Assembly (NCBI GenBank): GCA_964016885.1
Contig: OZ024742.1
Span: 150,474,001-150,538,000 of the forward strand
Direction: 5' to 3'
DNA from: Eledone cirrhosa
Lineage: Eukaryota
Length of the DNA: 64,000 nucleotides
Part shown: positions 25,730-36,659 of the stretch, in pieces
Numbering within the stretch: position 1 is the stretch's first letter
Layout: each line of letters opens with the position of its first letter
Made by a program: the position numbers and the translations under genes
The notes under the pieces: model-generated
Told to the model about the DNA's origin: nothing
Databases searched by the model: none
Seen by the model: only the letters and a program-made list of their open reading frames with translations

Positions 25730-25973
25730 TAATTATATTGTATTGTTTATTACATAATTAAATAACTCTGTACTATACATAGAGCACTCTGCCTTCCTTT
25801 ACCTTTTCTACGGAAATGCTTCATATATATATATAAAATTAAAATTAAATTAAAAGTCAATTGACATATTTATATAAAATAAACATATCAAACTTCTTTG
25901 AGCTTATTCTACAGGTGATATGGCGCATGTTTCTGATATTCTGAGACATGACATCTTTAATTCAATTTTGTTA

Positions 25974-26080
<107 letters not shown>

Positions 26081-26084
26081 CCTT

Positions 26085-26975
26085 ATTACTGGTGGTTCTG
26101 TGCCAGCCCCTCTGCGTCCTTTAAGGTGACGTCAAGACTCTGGGGATTTTCCGTCCAGCCATCTGGTGGTGGTGGGAGGGGGGGGCTGCTGCAGGGTCTC
26201 TTACAACCTGCCACTGCTGCGCCGAACGAAAGTAAGACCCTTGTAGGATGATCTGGCGGGAGCCGGAGAACATATCTGTACCAGCGGATGAGACAGGAAG
26301 CTACGGGCTGATGCGTACATGCACGTAACTTTCGTTGGAGATGAGATGGTACCATCTAATATTCTTGATGATCCTCAAGACTTTGCTGTCGAAGCAGTCG
26401 AGCCTTTCTGCTAGGATCTTCGTGAGGGGCCACGCTTCTGCACCATAAAGAACAGAGAGGACCGAAGCATTTTTGATGCGGAGCGCTTTGTCTTCTAGGA
26501 GATAGACTGGTGGTACAAAAGGGGCTTTCATGGTGAGTGTATGGCTCCGGGGGCCAGATCACATCTGCGATTGATCTCCTTGGTCAGGTCTCCATTGTTG
26601 GTGGTTGTGGAGTCCAGGTAGATGAAGGAGCTGACGGGGTCAATGTGGAGCGGGAGATGATGAAGGCCATCTCCGACATGCATCAAATTGGTATTCGCCT
26701 AACTCACCTGAAGACCAAGCTTTGCTGATTCCTCCTGGTATGAGGGCAGTGCGTTCTTGAGCTGGCTGATCGAGTTGCTGAACAACGTATTATCGTCTGC
26801 GTACTCCAGGTTGGCAAGGTGGTAGTTCCCCAAGATAACGCTAGTCATTCACTCACAGTCCTTGGCCATCATGTAGTCGGTGGAATAGTTGAAGATGTCG
26901 AGAGCGGCTACGCAGCCGTTTCTGATCCCGCTGTTGGTGGGGAACCAGTCGGAGTCCTTCCTTTTCACTCACCAT
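26085..26975 (-). mobile_element. RTE-like LINE 3' fragment
   Basis: LEYADD and SVLYGAEAWPLTK..RLDCFDSKVLRII motifs on the minus strand. Confidence 0.75.
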
Positions 26976-26999
26976 TAAAAGGGAAAAAAAGTAATGATT

Positions 27000-28080
27000 A
27001 GGACGCATGAAACGAAGCTGGCTTGAGTAGATGTAATGCACATGATTTATGATTAGACAACAGTATCAGAAACAAAGCTATTCCAATTAAAACGATATCC
27101 CTTCGATAAGTGAATTTGGAAGAAGTTGAAGGATTCATAGAAGAAATACCAAAGAACCACTGTTTGATTGATAGAACTGGTGAGTCTATAGAATGTTGAC
27201 GCTGTGTGTGACTTCAAGGAGGTGGATTAATGGAAATTGAAGCAGAAAACAGGGGAAATTAATAAAATATTGTCATGTATAGAAACACACACCATATGGA
27301 AACCAACAAGTTATTGAAAGCAGCAAATAAGGTTGTAACATAAAATCTATGATTGAAAATAGATCCAAAAAGCAAAGAGGCGAGAAGACAGTCAGCACAA
27401 ATACATGTGGTGGAAAAGACAGATATTGGGAAATTTAGATAATCTTGCTGATGAGGTGACAGTGCCGGAAAGGAAAAGAAGTGGGTAAACTATGAAAAGT
27501 TCATCGACATAAAGACTGAATGATGTAATAGAAGAGCTGAAACAGGGAGTGTAGCTAATAGGGGGAAATAACAAGATACGTTCGAAGGATCAAACATTAC
27601 AAGCAAAGTAGATTGTTTCAAATCGACCAGAAGAAATCAACCTAGAAAATTCAATGAAAGATTGATACCAGATACTGGAATATGTGTCCAATTTTAAAGT
27701 GAAATATGGAGCAAGAAAGAGAAACACAATACAGTAATAGTGGTTGAAAATTTTGAGGGACCAGAGCTCTTATCCTCAGAAGTAGGATAGTGTGATTGAA
27801 GAAGAGCATGTTCGGCGAGTAAGCATAAAAATGAGTAATTGGAAATCTGCTGGTCCTGATGTCGTATAAGAATTTAGGATAAAGAAGCTGACTAAATGCC
27901 AGGATTGCGGAACAACTTAATAGGTTGGTCAATAAAAATGAGGAAATTCTTGAGTGACTGATGATCGGTTGAATAGTGCTGTGTCTGAAAAACATATCAA
28001 AAAGGAATACCGTGGATGATTATGGACCAATATCATGTCTTTCACTAATGTGGAAGCTGCTCACTGGAATAATTTGAATT
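27000..28080 (+). mobile_element. Old R4/Dong-like non-LTR fragment
   Basis: SNWKSAGPD and [17 protein letters not shown] resemble the 14.5-kb element. Heavily decayed. Confidence 0.6.
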
Positions 28081-28658
28081 ACAGGTGCAACTTATGTCTG
28101 CTATCTGAGTGAACTGTAGCAGCGTAAAATTTATTGTTGTGTTCAAGAACATATCGCACCGCCGGGAAACGAACCCACTTATGACCGTAAAGTGTTCAAC
28201 TTAACCACCAAGACCTAAGCATTCAGCATTTCAAGCAATGCAGATCGAACAGACATTCTGTTGGTCATTTTGTGTGTATATTTGTATATAGATTTTGTTT
28301 TTAACGTATTTATGATATGTATATTTTTGTTACAAAGCTAAGAAAAACTTTTATTTCTCCTTGCATATTAAACGGGGAATAAGTAATTACAATCTGCTTT
28401 TTTGAAATGCTTAAATTTTTTTTAAAACTGCTTTATCAAATATACAATGTAAGTAAACAGACTACTATTTATTCAATTTAGCGTCTTTGAGACGTAAAAT
28501 TATGTTTATAGTTAATAATATATCTATTACAATGTGTTGTCTATAATGTTGGCATTGAAGCTTAAAAGATTTTTTTAGTTTATTTTTCAGTATATCGGAA
28601 ACATTAGTTAGAAATAATGCTACAAGGAGTGGTTGTAAATATTATATTCACACATACG

Positions 28659-28703
<45 letters not shown>

Positions 28704-29789
28704 GTGTGTGTGTGGGGGGGGGGGGTTTCACGCTTTTTAACGTTAAATTATTAATAACAATATGCCGTATTTGCCGGCCTATATTTTACGTTATGTTTTG
28801 ACGTTTATAGGCAATTTATGCACCACGTCCAATATTCTTGGTTTTTACTCTTCGCTAGTGCTCTAGGAGCGTAAACCCCGTGAATACCGGAGGACAACTG
28901 TATATATATTGGTTAAGATTTATATCGTGTTACCCACAGTATATATGCAGGAGAAAATTTATTAAGGAAGGTTAGATCGCTAGATTAAAGGGCTGAAGCC
29001 ACAATTTACAAGCTCCTTCTTGTTATTTAATAGTTGAATTTACAGATTTTGATTTAGTGGAGGGTGGACTAGGACAAAAATGGCATATACTTGGATAAGA
29101 AATTAGGGAGGGGGGTTATTTACAATTTTTTTATGGACTATTTCCTATGGAGACATGAGGCGTAGTGATAACGATGTTGGGTTCATGATCTTAATGTTGA
29201 CAGTTAGATTCTCCGACCGGGCGGCGCGTTGTGCTCTTGAGTTAGACCTATTATTTCCACTAGCCTGGCAAAAATGAGCTATAATTCTAATTCACGGAGC
29301 TATCCTTATACATTGAATCTCCATGAAAACTAAGTTAAGGATGAAAATGTCTCTGGAAAGCTCAGCTAATTACCAGGGGCGGTGGAATTCGGGGGGGGGG
29401 GGCAAGAGGGCCATGAACCCCTAATAATTATATTTCCTCACCAAAACTACCAAAACAGAATCTATTTATTTGAATTTCGTATTTCTAAAGAAATACGGTA
29501 TATTTATAAATAAACATTTAGAAAGCCATAGCTATGAATAATATACTGGCAGCTATAATCACCAGGCGGTTCCCGGCAGAAACAAGGGGGACAATCGTCG
29601 ATGCATATAGAACTCAACTGGTTCTCGTCAGGACGATCTCACTCGCTCTTGCAACTGCCGGTCTTTGAAAACAGGCGAAAATAAATATAGTTTTTTTCGT
29701 CTGTGTAAATGAGGTAATTAATCTCATTTTCATATGATTCTGTATCTATTTGTATATGCGCTACAATTTATGTACAAGTTATGTACAGA

Positions 29790-30960
29790 CAGACAGGAGA
29801 GAGAGATATAGATTTAGAGAGGGGCAAAGTTTGGTGGTAATTGATATAGAGAGGAAGGTTAGGAGAATGTGATGTATATTAGATATAGAGAGAGGGAGAT
29901 ATTGATGTTTAGAGAGGAATTTGAAGAGAGTTTCGTGAAGTAGATATACAGAGGGAATAGTTTGGCGTTAATTGATATAGATAGGGGTATTGGGAGAGAG
30001 TTCCGTGTAGTAGATAAAGAGAGGAAGAAAGTTTGGCGTTAATTGATATAGAGAGGGATATTGGAAGAGAGTTACGTGTAGTAGATATAGAGAGGGGGAG
30101 AATTTGCTGTTGATTAATATAGAGAGGGGATTGGGAGAGAGTGTTGTATGGTTGATGTAGAGAGGGGTGGGAGTTTGGTAGTGATGGATAGAGAGGGGGA
30201 CAATTTGGTGGTAATTGATATAGTGTGGGGGTTTGGGAAAGTGTGTTGTATGGTAGATAGAGAGGAGAATTTAGTAGTGATTGATAGGGTGAGAGGGAAT
30301 GAGAGAGAGTGTTGTATGGTAGATACATAGAGGGGAATAGTTTGGTGGTAATTCATATAGCGAGGGATGTTGGGAGTGTGTGTTGTATATTAGATATAAC
30401 GAGGAGGAGAGATTGATGTTTATTGATATAATGAGGGGTATTGGAAGAGAGTTCCTTGTAATAAATATAGAGAGGGGAGAGTTTGGTGCTAATTGATATA
30501 GAGAGGGGCATTGGAAGAGAGTTCCGTGTAGTAAATATAAAGAGGGAGAAAGTTTGGTGTTAATTGATATAGAGAGGGGTATTGGAAGAGAGTTCCATGT
30601 AGTAGATAGAGAGGGGGAGAGTTTGGTGTTAATTTTTATAGAGAGGGGGATTGGAAGAGAGTTACATGTAGTAGATATAGAGAGAGGGAGAGTTTGGTAG
30701 TTGTAGATATATAGAGAGGAATAATAGGAGACTGCCGTGTAGTAGATATAGAGAGGCTGAGTGTTTGATATACAGAGGGGGTTGGGAGAGATAAGTGTAG
30801 ATATTTATAGAGAGAGTGTATTAGTCTTAGCTATAGAGAGTGGGATAATAGGGGCGGTGTCGTTGTAGATATAGAGAGGGGTAGAGTTTGGTTTAGTAGA
30901 TACAGAGAGGGGGATTAAAAGAGAGATTTGTGTGATAAACATAGAAGGGAGGAGAGTTTG
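29790..30960. repeat. About 70-bp GA-rich minisatellite
   Basis: ATTGGAAGAGAGTT recurs at about 30440, 30510, 30581 and 30650. The unit also contains AGTTTGGTGTTAATTGATATAGAGAGGG. Confidence 0.85.
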
Positions 30961-30969
30961 GTGGCACTT

Positions 30970-31940
30970 ACACACATGCACACACACTCACACATGTTGA
31001 TAGTTTTTACTTTCTGTGGAACGCTGCACGCAGACACACATAAACATACGCTCACGTACACACACGCGCACACATGTTAATAGTTATTGCTTTCCTTCCC
31101 CTCTTATTTCCATACGCATCACACACACATGTCTCTACACTGACAAATATACATAGTGTATCCAACACTTTGCCTCTCTGTTTCTTACTCTCCCCTCTCA
31201 CTCACTCATTGGCATTATGCATATTAATTTAAGTTTGGCGTCTTTGAGGTGGGCGGAGTCGTTTGAAACCTATGAACCAATGATAATCGAGAATTATGAC
31301 ACACGGAATACTGACATTGTTGAAATTAATATATAGTCTAGCTGACGTACCCAGCTTCGCCCGGGTAAACAGATGGTAAGATAAGACAGGTAAAAGATAA
31401 AATGACTGTATTGGATGTTTGTCTGGTTACAGTATGAGGAGAGTCCGTCGAATTGCTTTTATTATCAGTTTTCATTTCGAGCAATTATCAAAAAATGACA
31501 ATAATAAATATAAAAGATGTCCGTCAATGTAAAGAAAGGTCCCTATTTACTCCCTTCACAACTCTGTGTATGTTAGACTGACAGGCAGTCACACAGACAG
31601 AAAAACTGCGTGGCGATTGTGGAACGCCCCACGTGCACACACATACACGCATGGAAACGCGCACACGCACACACTCACATATGTTGATAGTTTTTACTTT
31701 CTGTGGAGCCCTGCACGCACGCATACACACATAAACATACGCGCACATACATACACACGCACACATGTTAATAGTTATTGAACACAGCGTTCACACTCTC
31801 CCCTTTCACTCCTTCATTGGCATTATGCATATTAATTTCAGTTTGACGTCGTTGAGGTGGGCGGAGTCATTTGAAACCTATGAACCAATGATAATCGAGA
31901 ATTATGACACGGAATACTGACGTTGTTCAAATTAATATAT
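30970..31940 (-). mobile_element. Head-to-tail non-autonomous Helitron-like copies
   Basis: Direct repeat of about 30985-31335 at about 31670-31938. At 31338-31368 the minus strand reads ACCCGGGCGAAGCTGGGTACGTCAGCTAG (hairpin + CTAG), abutting the start of the next copy. Confidence 0.6.
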
Positions 31941-32115
31941 ATATATATTTATATATATATGTATGTGTATATATATATATATATATATGGATGTATATAT
32001 AATGTATTTTGCAATAAAACTTTATGCTTAATTAAAAGCATTTTGAAGACCGTAAGCTATTGTTTTAAAGTAGTGACAAATTCACTTACTTTGATCTCAG
32101 CAAACAGGGGAGATA

Positions 32116-32160
32116 AGCCGATAAGGCCTTGTTTCGCTTTTGTTGAAGCTTATCAAGGCT
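32116..32160 (-). ncRNA. Hammerhead ribozyme, U3-A8 variant (inverted copy, AUC site)
   Basis: AGCC-UUGAUAA-GCUU(CAACAA)AAGC-GAAA-CAAGGCCUUAUC-GGCU. Confidence 0.7.
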
Positions 32161-32453
32161 AACTACTCCCTCCTGTCTACCGAGATCACTGATGTATATT
32201 CTTATAGAATTCTAGTAAATAATCAGGAACTGATTATACAGAGCGGTCTTCAAAATTCTTTTAATTAAGCATAAAGTGTATTGCAAAATACATTATATAT
32301 ACATCCATATATATATTGCTATTTCAGAGCTCCAATTCTAATTTTTAATTTCTGCCTGACCAACAACCGCTCTGTATAATCAGTTCCTGATTATTTACTA
32401 GAATTCTATAAGAATATAACATCAGTGATCTCGGTAGACAGGAGGGAGTAGTT

Positions 32454-32498
32454 AGCCTTGATAAGCTTCAACAAAAGCGAAACAAGGCCTTGTCGGCT
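32454..32498 (+). ncRNA. Type I hammerhead ribozyme, U3-A8 core variant
   Basis: AGCC-UUGAUAA-GCUU(CAACAA)AAGC-GAAA-CAAGGCCUUGUC-GGCU. Palindromic stem III ACAAGGCCUUGU. Predicted cleavage after C32494. Confidence 0.85.
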
Positions 32499-32771
32499 TA
32501 TCTCCCCTGTTTGCTGAGATCAAAGTAAGTGAATTTGTCACTACTTTCAAACAATAGCTTACGGTCTTCAAAATGCTTTTAATTAAGCATAAAGTGTATT
32601 GCAAAATACATTATATATACATCCATATATATATTGCTATTTCAGAGCTCCAATTCTAATTTTTAATTTCTGCTTGACCAACAACCGCTCTGTATAATCA
32701 GTTCCTGATTATTTACTAGAATTCTATAAGAATATAACATCAGTGATCTCGGTAGACAGGAGGGAGTAGTT

Positions 32772-32816
32772 AGCCTTGATAAGCTTCAACAAAAGCGAAA
32801 CAAGACCTTGTCGGCT
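32772..32816 (+). ncRNA. Type I hammerhead ribozyme, U3-A8 core variant
   Basis: Same as 32454-32498 with one change in the centre of stem III (CAAGACCUUG). Confidence 0.83.
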
Positions 32817-33089
32817 TATCTCCCCTGTTTGCTGAGATCAAAGTAAGTGAATTTGTCACTACTTTCAAACAATAGCTTACGGTCTTCAAAAGGCTTTTAA
32901 TTAAGCATAAAGTGTATTGCAAAATACATTATATATACATCCATATATATATTGCTATTTCAGAGCTCCAATTCTAATTTTTAATTACTGTCTGACCAAC
33001 AACCGCTCTGTATAATCAGTTCCTGATTATTTACTAGAATTCTATTAGAATATAACATCAGTGATCTCGGTAGACAGGAGGGAGTAGTT

Positions 33090-33134
33090 AGCCTTGATAA
33101 GCTTCAACAAAAGCGAAACAAGGCCTTGTCGGCT
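33090..33134 (+). ncRNA. Type I hammerhead ribozyme, U3-A8 core variant
   Basis: Identical motif to 32454-32498. Confidence 0.85.
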
Positions 33135-33294
33135 TATCTCCCCTGTTTGCTGAGATCAAAGTAAGTGAATTTGTCACTATTTTCAAACAATAGCTTACGG
33201 TCTTCAAAATGCTTTTAATTAAGCATAAAGTGTATTGCAAAATACATTATATATACATCCATATATATATTGCTATTTCAGAGCTCCAATTCTA

Positions 33295-33333
<39 letters not shown>

Positions 33334-33439
33334 CATTATATATATATATATATATATATACATATATACATTATATATATATATATATATATATATACGA
33401 TATTAAACAAATGGAAACTATATTTATAAAACCATATTT

Positions 33440-33503
33440 ATTTCATTATACATATTTCAGGGATACCATATTAAAAATATGGTATGCCTTCGTCAGATAA
33501 AAT
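33440..33503 (-). ncRNA. Type I hammerhead ribozyme
   Basis: Mirror copy of 35201-35264. Confidence 0.75.
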
Positions 33504-34565
33504 ACAATATATAAACAGTTTTATAAATAATTTTGACGTACCATAATATAAGCGACCATTAAATTAGGAGGCTGCCTTGGTAGTGATGTGTTTATAATTA
33601 TTTAGTTATAGTGTTAAGCACAGTTAGAAAAAAGACGGAGAAAAAGAAGAAACGGAAGTAAAGAAAAACAGAGAGAGAGAGTGGAGAGAGAAAAAAGGAG
33701 GAGGTGAAAAAAGAGAGGCAACCGAAAGCAACAGATAAATAATAATAATTCACCATACAAATAGAGAGATTCAAGAGAGAGGGAGTACTATATAGAGAGA
33801 GAGGACAGTAATTATTTAGTTATAGTGTTAAGCACAGTTAGAGAAAGAACGAGAGAAAGAAAAAATGGAGATAAAGAGAAAACGGAGAGAGAGAGGGGGG
33901 GAAGAGAGAGAGAGAAAATATAACTAGATAGGGGCAAGTGAAAAAAACAAGAGAGAAATAAGAGAGAAATATGAGAGGCAAAACAAAAGCGACAGATACA
34001 TAATACTTCATCAATATAAAGATAAGCACAAGAGAGAGGAGAAAGAGCTATATATATAGAGAGAAGGATACAGTTACATCTTTACGTCATGTCATATCAA
34101 TTTGAATGATCAATTTATATGAAATGGATAATAGAATGTAAATATCAATATTCATGAATGAGACATAGATATATAATATGAGAAAATAACTTTGTTCAAT
34201 AATGACCATATGTTTAGTTTAAAACTCTGAGGTCAATGTACCAAAATCTGAGATAAACCTTCAAAAAATTACCCTATTTATAAAAATACGGAAATATATA
34301 TATATATATATATACACGTATATGTACTTTCTGAAAAAAGAAAAAGAGAAAGTTATGTCTAACTCTAGTCAATAATATAGACATACACATGACTTTACCT
34401 GATCAACCCTATAATTTCTTGTGTCATAAAAAGAATTTCTTGTGTCATAACAAATTTCAGTATACATATACATAAAAAAATATACGATTAATATTCATGT
34501 CCTCACACATGATTACCGTTCATGTATTTAATATTATGCATATCTGTAACATATACAGGACTATA

Positions 34566-34603
<38 letters not shown>

Positions 34604-35200
34604 CAAGATATCTGCGTGAGTATTCCAGCATCTCTATGCACACATACAGACACATGAACACATAAAATAAACTCTATAAGCCTTCTATATGCATGTTAAT
34701 ACACATATGGCCTTTGTATAGAGATAATCAAATATCAATATATCAGCACAGAAACATCAAAACGCTAAAATATTTTCAACACACTATAGAGTATCTCAGG
34801 CCAAAAACAATATGCTTCATATATTTACTACAGAAATCTATCCTTCCAATTTTTCAGACAATATATTGCAATCAGAGTCAAAAAGCAAATAAAAAACAAA
34901 AATTATTTAACAAAAATTATTTAAAAGATTTAGAAGACCCAGTGATTCTACGGATGCCCTTATATTTAGTATAGAAATTTATCTTGCGTAAAATTTATTT
35001 AATACATTGGGAGCATATACATTTTAGAGTAGTTTAATTACATCTTTGTTTATATTTATGAAGAAGGTTTAAAAAGAAAACTGTGCTTAACACTATAACT
35101 AAATAAGTATAAACACATCACTACCAAGGCAGCCTCCTAATTTAATGGTCGCTTATATTATGGTACGTCAAAATTATTTATAAAACTGTTTATATATTGT

Positions 35201-35264
35201 ATTTTATCTGACGAAGGCATGCCATATTTTTAATATGGTATCCCTGAAATATGTATAATGAAAT
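35201..35264 (+). ncRNA. Type I hammerhead ribozyme
   Basis: AUUUUAU-CUGACGA-AGG..CCAUAU/AUAUGG..CCU-GAAA-UAUGUA-UA-AUGAAAU. AUA site; 7-bp stem I. Confidence 0.75.
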
Positions 35265-35392
35265 AAATATGGTTTTATAAATATATTTTCCATTTGTTTA
35301 ATATCGTATATCTACTCCAAAAACTTGTCGAGTGCTTTATATCAGTTATAAAATATTTATTGTTGTAACCCAACAATTTTAAATAAAACTTT

Positions 35393-35511
<119 letters not shown>

Positions 35512-36621
35512 CTATATATATTTCTTACCAACTGCGAAGAAGCTGGATATATTAACCCCTTAGGAAAGGGCACAGAGCATAATTTGCTGTTAATCATATA
35601 TATATAAAGTGGCGGTGAAACTAGTGAGGGGGACGTACACCCCTCCAATAATTATATTTTCTCTCCAAACTACCAAAACACACATCTATTTGGATACGCG
35701 CCACAATTTATGTACATATTATGTTTATCGCATATCGTAGTCTTCTTACCATTTCGAGTGCAAAGACCTAAACTAATCATTACAACTAGATTGTCCAAAT
35801 TTGCACCCCCGAAAAAAAATTCAGAAATGCTTCCACCACGCGTTAATTTCTCTATGTAGTAGTTCTTCTGATTAAATCAACTGAAGCACCCTTTGTCGGA
35901 AATAACTAATGCCATGTTGTTTTGTGTTATAATTGAAATTGCATGAAAGGCTGTGTCCCTAACTCCTGATAACAGAATTCATTATAAGAATAAAAAGAAA
36001 GAAATACAAAAAATCAAACATCTTTAATGTCATCCAGAACCAGTCACTCGGATGAGAAGTCTCACAGAAAAGTAACCATTGAATTGTTTAAATTTATCTG
36101 CTCACACAACAGTTCTCAGCAACCGCCAGAAATAAATATGTACAGAGAAACAGAAACAGTAACTGTCACGCTCTGACCTAGTTCATCAACTCCGTCTCCA
36201 CTCTGTCCACCAAAACAAACTACAAGTGTACAGAGAAACTGGTAGCCACTAACTACGTCAGTGATTATTAGTAATTCTTATTCCATGCTCCACCACAATA
36301 TCTCAATAAATCTGATCCCACCCCTCAAAATTATATCTAATTTAGATACGTGGTTAAACTTTGCTGGCGGGGGTGTCGATTACATCGACCCAAATAGCAG
36401 ACTGGTACTTCATTTTCTCAGCTTCGGAAAAAAGAAATTCAAAGTTGACCTGAGTGAGATTTGAATTCAGAAAGTACAGACACAAAGGTTAAGACAGATA
36501 CAGCTTGGCACAAGTGACGACGCAACCCATTTCTACAGCTGTGAAATAAAAGATAAACTTCATTTGGTCACATTCCATGAGAGTATCTTGGTCAGCCTAT
36601 GAACTTTTCAGCCGATCCACG

Positions 36622-36656
<35 letters not shown>

Positions 36657-36659
36657 ATA

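Larger units (their letters stand above)
31985..33297 (+). mobile_element. Non-LTR retrozyme-like array: 318-bp tandem units, each with a hammerhead, plus one inverted partial unit
   Basis: CGGTCTTCAAAA at 32244, 32562, 32880 and 33198 (exact 318-bp period). 31985-32247 is an inverted partial unit. (TA)n flanks; no real ORF. Confidence 0.85.
33396..35310. mobile_element. Non-coding PLE-derived element bounded by inverted pLTR arms of about 230 bp
   Basis: 33396-33625 is the reverse complement of 35079-35310. Each arm carries an HHR. (TA)n tracts lie outside. Confidence 0.75.

Noticed and set aside
29373-29470. MITE end shared with 35608-35690
   Set aside because: Similar sequence is seen, but matching opposite termini and TSDs could not be established.
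32244-33297. CRISPR-like array
   Set aside because: Whole units repeat with no unique spacers; eukaryotic context with no cas genes.
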